Source: Mantamonas sphyraenae STR306
Taxonomy: Eukaryota > Protista > CRuMs
Direction of reading: 5' to 3'
DNA length: 64,000 nucleotides
Assembly (NCBI GenBank): GCA_026936335.1
Contig: JAPMXV010000053.1
Location: 62,001 to 126,000, forward strand
Shown here in pieces: positions 59,401 through 64,000 of this stretch (its first letter is position 1; every line of letters starts with the position of its first letter). A program made the translations under genes and the position numbers. A model generated the notes under the pieces. That model did not search any database and had not been told where the DNA came from. It worked only from the letters and a program-made list of their open reading frames with translations.

Positions 59401-60259
59401 TCAAAGACGATGGCGACGCCCATGTCGTCGTCCAGGGTGCTTGCTTGTCCCGTGGCGTTCAGGTGTTCCTCGGGCACAAAGTCGGTGATGGCTTTGCCAA
59501 TGGTGACCAGCTTGAAGAAGCGCTCCTGCGACAGCTTGCCCAGCATGCCTTGGATTTCCTTCTTCTTGTCGATGTCCTGTGTGTGTGTGTGCGTTGTGTG
59601 TGTGTGTTGGGGCGAGAGTGACGGGTGGAAGAGGGCGTGTCAGCACGAGTGCACAAAACGGCCTGGCAGGGCACAGGGGAGGGCAGAAGCGTTGGTATGG
59701 CCACGCATGGACATGGATCAGCCACCTACCCTGTACTGGTCGCTCTTGAGGAGGGCAAGGACCTCGTGGGCAGCCGTCTGGAGGACGTCGCCCGGTTGCG
59801 CGCCAAGCTGGCCCTGAATAAAGGCCAGCAGCTTCTCGTAAGCACGCTTGGTGTCGATGGTGCGGGGCCGGTATCCGTCGGTGGCATCAAAAGAGTCGCT
59901 GTGGAGGTGCGGGGTGTGGGTGGGGCCAGTCAGCGGATGCGTAGGGGCACAAGGGGGCCGGTGGAAAGCGACGCATGTGTGTGTGTTCCTGGCGGGGACG
60001 GAAGATGCGCGCACGCGGGAAGCACTTACACGTCCATGGAAGAGGAGGAAGCGGAGGAAGAGGAGGAAGAGGAGCTACTGGCCACGGGGGCCTTGGAGTA
60101 GGCAGCGCGGTCGCCCATGGTGCCGTCGAGGCGGCCCCACAGTGATTGGACCTCGCCGGTGGGCTCGTTGTCGCGGCGGCGAGACTTGCGATCTTGCGAC
60201 AGCACCAGGTTGGAGTTTGCTCCGTACGAGAACTGCTGCTCTCGCGACGATGCGTCCAT
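53457..60259 (-). CDS. SNRNP200: U5 snRNP 200 kDa helicase Brr2
   Basis: N-terminus QFSYGANSNLVL...EPTGEVQSL; two Ski2-like helicase cassettes (APTGAGKT/DEIH and APTGSGKT/DELH), each followed by a Sec63 domain; YLGCDQEY. Confidence 0.97.
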
Positions 60260-60312
60260 GGTGTGTGTTGTTGGGGTGGTAGGGTCGGTGCGCGAAGCGA
60301 GGCAGAAAGACC

Positions 60313-61557
60313 ATGCTGCAAGTCGCACACGTGGTCAATGCCGTGTCGCTGCTCATCCGCTTTGCGGTGTACATGGTGTTGAACACGGGAAACATCATTG
60401 TGTTGTCGCTGCGGACCATTCGCTTCTTTGCCGCCGGAACGAAATGGTGCGTTGGGAACCTCGGGCGTGTGGCGCGCTACAGGGTCACACTGACACAACA
60501 GAATGCTCGATTGGGTGTTGGAGTGTACAGGTTAAGCAAGTTTGCCAGATTGTGTGCGTTTGCGGCCCTGCTTGGCCCAGCGTGGGCTCGGATGATTTGG
60601 TGGTGGTTGACCGCGCCGCAGATACGGCGCAATGTGCACTACGGGCCCAATCCACGCAATCTACTGGATGTATATGTGCCGTGGAACCGTGGAACTAGTG
60701 AAAAGAAACTGCCTGTGGTGTTCTTTGTGTGTGGAGGTGCGTGGACCGTGGGGTACAAGACGTGGGGTGCCCTGACCGCTGCGCATCTGTCCAACATGGG
60801 TGCAGTGGTGGTGACGCCAGATTATCGGAATTTCCCCCAGGCGAGGATTGGCGAGATGCTTCTGGACGTGGAGACGGCGCTGGACTGGGTGGTTGCGAAC
60901 ATTGGGGAGCACGGTGGCGACCCCGAGGACATTGTGGTGGTTGGACAAAGTGCAGGGGCTCACCTAAGTACGATGCTGTTGCTGGGTGGGGTGTGTCGCG
61001 AGAACGGGGTGGAGGGCTTCGCATGGGGCAAGGCACCGCCGCGAGTAGGTCGTTCGCCACAATGGCGGATGGCAAACGTGCGTGCCTATGTGGGTGTGTC
61101 GGGCGTGTATGATCTGACGCAGATGCAGGAGCATGCGCACCAAATGGGGTTGCATCGGAACGTGCTGCACGCAATGTTTGGCGGGATCAAGCAACTGCCG
61201 TCGTGGAGTCCGTCGCTGCTGGTCCACCAAGTGCATTCAGGGAGCGTACATCTGGAAGACACAGCAGTGAAGCTGCCTCCGTGCACCCTGTTCCATGGGA
61301 CGGCAGACATGAGCTCGCCGCACTCACAGAGCGAACAATTCGCACATGAGCTCGAGGCAGCAGGCGTAGAGGTGTCATTGCACCTGTTTCCAGGCATGAC
61401 ACACACTGATCCCATACTGGAGCTGCCATTTGATGGCAAAGACCCGTTGACACCCGAGTTGGCACGGATTGTGCTTGGGAAGCGGCGGGAGCCCGTGCAG
61501 GAGCGCTTTGCACCTCACTGGGCAATTGAATGTGCTCGATGGGTGAATCCATTCTGA
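60313..61557 (+). CDS. Isoprenylcysteine alpha-carboxyl methylesterase (ICME)-like alpha/beta hydrolase, probably 1 intron
   Basis: YGPNPRNLLDVY, GGAWTVGYK, DYRNFPQ, GQSAGAH nucleophile, HGTAD, THTD and terminal VNPF. Confidence 0.85.
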   Translation: MLQVAHVVNAVSLLIRFAVYMVLNTGNIIVLSLRTIRFFAAGTKWCVGNLGRVARYRVTLTQQNARLGVGVYRLSKFARLCAFAALLGPAWARMIWWWLTAPQIRRNVHYGPNPRNLLDVYVPWNRGTSEKKLPVVFFVCGGAWTVGYKTWGALTAAHLSNMGAVVVTPDYRNFPQARIGEMLLDVETALDWVVANIGEHGGDPEDIVVVGQSAGAHLSTMLLLGGVCRENGVEGFAWGKAPPRVGRSPQWRMANVRAYVGVSGVYDLTQMQEHAHQMGLHRNVLHAMFGGIKQLPSWSPSLLVHQVHSGSVHLEDTAVKLPPCTLFHGTADMSSPHSQSEQFAHELEAAGVEVSLHLFPGMTHTDPILELPFDGKDPLTPELARIVLGKRREPVQERFAPHWAIECARWVNPF

Positions 61558-61634
61558 GTCGAAGAGGAGGGTCAGAGGGCATGTGAGGGGTGGCGGGTGC
61601 GGCAGCGCACCAAGGATTTTTGTGGAGCACGGCA

Positions 61635-62009
61635 ATGGAAGGCGCAAGGAATTTGGTGATGATGGTAACCATGGGGGGACTCTTTGGCTTCTTGTACTTG
61701 CAGGGAGAAAAGGTAGGGTTGCGTGCGCGTGTGACGGTTGAGAGCGCGGGTGCTGACGGACCGGGCACACGGAACTGCAGAAAGCGGCAGAGCGATGGCA
61801 ACAAGAGGTCGAACTTTCGTTGGAGCAAGAGAAAGAAGGTATGTAGAGGCATATGCATGGAGTGCAGAGGCTTGGGGAGACCACTGACGTGTGTGCGGGG
61901 TTTGGATCGCGCAGACAAGGAATTTCTTCGGGAGCGGTACGCAAACGACCCTGCACTGAGGCAGTTTTACAAGGACAACAACACAAAACCTACATTTGAC
62001 AAGTGGTGA
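61635..62009 (+). CDS. Small single-pass membrane protein (~77 aa), 3 exons
   Basis: Two GT-AG introns with CTGAC branch points give MEGARNLVMMVTMGGLFGFLYLQGEK|KAAERWQQEVELSLEQEKE|DKEFLRERY...FDKW. Confidence 0.65.
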   Translation: MEGARNLVMMVTMGGLFGFLYLQGEKVGLRARVTVESAGADGPGTRNCRKRQSDGNKRSNFRWSKRKKVCRGICMECRGLGRPLTCVRGLDRADKEFLRERYANDPALRQFYKDNNTKPTFDKW

Positions 62010-62108
62010 CACGTTTGCACACGGGTGACGCGAGTACAGCGGAGATATGTTTGCGCAAGGGGATTGGAGGGCGTGCAATGAATGTGTGTCGCAGTGTGGC
62101 TGTGAAGT

Positions 62109-63140
62109 CTATTTGAGAAGGAGCTGCTCTTGCACCATGATGCTGGCGCCCATGATGAGCATGACGACGCCGACAATGAGGTTCATGATCATCTGGTTGA
62201 CTCGAAAGGCAACGCGAGTGCCGACAAGCGTTCCGATGAGTCCGAAGGAGGCGATGATGAGGAGGTGAGACCAGATGAGGGGCCACTGGACAAGAGAGCG
62301 TGCATGGCCGACTGTGGGGCCGACGAGAGGGTCAAGGAAGCAGTAGAGAGTGCAGAGGACGGCCATGAGCATGCCGCAGGTGAGACATCCCGTGCCGATG
62401 GCGGTCTGAAGGTCCATGTGAAGAAAGAACATATACAGGAGGACAAACATCATGCCGCTTCCCATGCCCAGGATGCCTGAGCAGGCGCCAAAGAACATGC
62501 CCAGGACGACAGTGGCGGCCCATTCCCAGCGCGCAACTTTGGGGCCTCCGTGCGCGGCAGCAATCTCTTCGCGAGCACTGAGGTGATGTGTGGGGAATGT
62601 ACTGTAGACCCCGTCGCGGTGGGAGTAGGCATGGGGTGTGGCGAGGAGTTTGTCTGATTGTTTGGGGGGAGGGTGGTGCGTGTCTGCGTTCACGCTATGC
62701 TCGAGGTCGCCGCTGGAAGGGGATTGGGCAGACTCGCGCTCTCTGCGCCATTGCCTGTAGGCACGCACAAAGAAGCCCAGGGAGAAAGCAAAGACTGCCC
62801 ACGGGAGGGAGCCCTTGAGGAAGGCGGTATGAGTGGGCAGCACTGTGCGAGTGGCAAAGACGAGAGTCAGAGAGCCGGCCAGTGACGCGAGGACGCCCAT
62901 CATGAGGCCCTCGCTGAGGCTGATTTTCATCTGGCGCGAGTAGTACACGGCCAGATAGGTGAAGTTGAGAAAGTCGGAAAACATGGAGCAGAAGATGGCG
63001 TCAAAGATGTGAAAGTCGAGGCCGACATAGAGGAGGGGCACGACGAGGTTCCAGGCCGTGAAACCGATGACACTGGCCGAAAACCCAATCATGATGGACA
63101 GGGGCACCATGAGGAGGGCAAAGTAGCCAAAGCCGATCAT
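62109..63140 (-). CDS. TSUP (TauE/SafE) sulfite exporter-family membrane protein
   Basis: Two homologous halves: IGFSASVIGFTAWNLVVPLL and GACSGILGMGSGMMFV...AIGTG. Confidence 0.8.
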   Translation of the reverse strand: MIGFGYFALLMVPLSIMIGFSASVIGFTAWNLVVPLLYVGLDFHIFDAIFCSMFSDFLNFTYLAVYYSRQMKISLSEGLMMGVLASLAGSLTLVFATRTVLPTHTAFLKGSLPWAVFAFSLGFFVRAYRQWRRERESAQSPSSGDLEHSVNADTHHPPPKQSDKLLATPHAYSHRDGVYSTFPTHHLSAREEIAAAHGGPKVARWEWAATVVLGMFFGACSGILGMGSGMMFVLLYMFFLHMDLQTAIGTGCLTCGMLMAVLCTLYCFLDPLVGPTVGHARSLVQWPLIWSHLLIIASFGLIGTLVGTRVAFRVNQMIMNLIVGVVMLIMGASIMVQEQLLLK

Positions 63141-63236
63141 CAGCAGGGTGGGAGATCGACTTTTGCTTGGGTGTGGAGAAGCGCACGCAGTGGGGAGCAT
63201 TGGAATTCGGATCAGAGTGTGGAAGGAGACATCAGC

Positions 63237-64000
63237 ATGAGCAACAGAGGCACGAAAATCGGATTGGCTCTGGGAGTCATTGGCATGACGGGCTCGGGAG
63301 GGTTGTTCTACGTTGGTCAACAGGATTTGCGACGCCAGGGCTGCTATGTGGAGAGCAAAGAGCTAGTGGACGGGGCCATGGGCAAACAGGAGCACGGATG
63401 GCTGGTGAATGGGTCGCTGACGATGCAGACGCAGAAGCAGGAGCGGTTGGCACGAATGAGCTGGGCGGTGACGGACGAGAGCGGAAACAAGGGCAGTGTG
63501 GTGCTTCGTGCGCACCTGGACACGTCTGCAGTGCAACAACAATGGTCAATCGACACACTGGAGGTGGAAATGGAGGCCAAGGGCGAGCGAAGGGTGCTTG
63601 TGGAGGACGGGGAGGCCACCGACCGAACAGAGGTGCTGGAAGAGTCGCACGGGAGTGGAAGCGGAAGCGGCGGCATGACAACCACATATCTACTGATGGC
63701 GGGAGGAGGGGCATTGCTAGGTGTGCTTCTGGGCACCATGGTAGTGCGCCGGCCTGGGAACGCAGCCAAGGCAGCAGGGAACGGGTCTGGAGGAGTGCCT
63801 GCGTCAAAGGCAGCCATCCAGACCGCACAAACATTTGTGGCGTCGCATCCATTGGTGCACAAGCACGTGGGAATGCCCATGAAGAACGCATCGAAGCCCG
63901 AAGGACGGCATCTGGGCGAGTTTGTTCAGGTGAACTGGGTGGTCGAGGGGAGCAAGGCACGTGCAGACGCCACAGTGCAGATGGTGGAAAGGGACAGTGT
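63237..64000 (+). CDS. 3'-partial protein with two tandem TM + Coa1/Tim21-like domains
   Basis: Open frame to the window edge, absent from the ORF track: MSNRGTKIGLALGVIG...GWLVNGSL...ARMSWAVTDESGNKGSVVLRA...WSIDTLEV, then a second TM and FVASHPLVHKHVGMP...VNWVVEGSKARA. Confidence 0.6.
   Translation, partial: MSNRGTKIGLALGVIGMTGSGGLFYVGQQDLRRQGCYVESKELVDGAMGKQEHGWLVNGSLTMQTQKQERLARMSWAVTDESGNKGSVVLRAHLDTSAVQQQWSIDTLEVEMEAKGERRVLVEDGEATDRTEVLEESHGSGSGSGGMTTTYLLMAGGGALLGVLLGTMVVRRPGNAAKAAGNGSGGVPASKAAIQTAQTFVASHPLVHKHVGMPMKNASKPEGRHLGEFVQVNWVVEGSKARADATVQMVERDS

Noticed and set aside
1-64000. tRNA/rRNA genes, transposons, CRISPR arrays, non-canonical introns or an alternative genetic code
   Set aside because: None seen. 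All inferred introns are GT-AG, and TGA, TAA and TAG all terminate genes.

Overview
GC-rich, very gene-dense nuclear DNA from a flagellated, mitochondriate unicellular eukaryote. Evidence: GT-AG introns with CTRAC-type branch points, CFAP58, POC1, NDUFA5 and mtHSP70. About 28 protein-coding genes are packed with intergenic gaps often under 100 bp. Recognisable genes are GRP94, PI4KA, DRG1, a PhyH-type dioxygenase, a TLC protein, mitochondrial AlaRS, POC1, PP4R2, TAP42, NDUFA5, TORTIFOLIA1/SPR2-like, a TBC RabGAP, an SLC12 cotransporter, mtHSP70, an IPT/TIG-multiTM protein, CFAP58, PKB/Akt, Brr2, an ICME-like esterase and TauE. The main finding is three dispersed, intronless, ~405-425 aa paralogues with shared private motifs and the architecture of insect OR/GR-type 7TM ion channels (7TMIC; GRL/DUF3537), suggesting an undescribed chemoreceptor-channel family in a protist. 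Also notable are an intron-containing prokaryote-type NapH/MauN-like membrane Fe-S protein, an ATGA stop/start overlap between two nuclear genes, and divergent gene pairs only 53-96 bp apart. About nine single-base frameshifts, mostly at homopolymers, are best explained as long-read consensus errors. All family calls come from motif recognition by eye; no searches were run.
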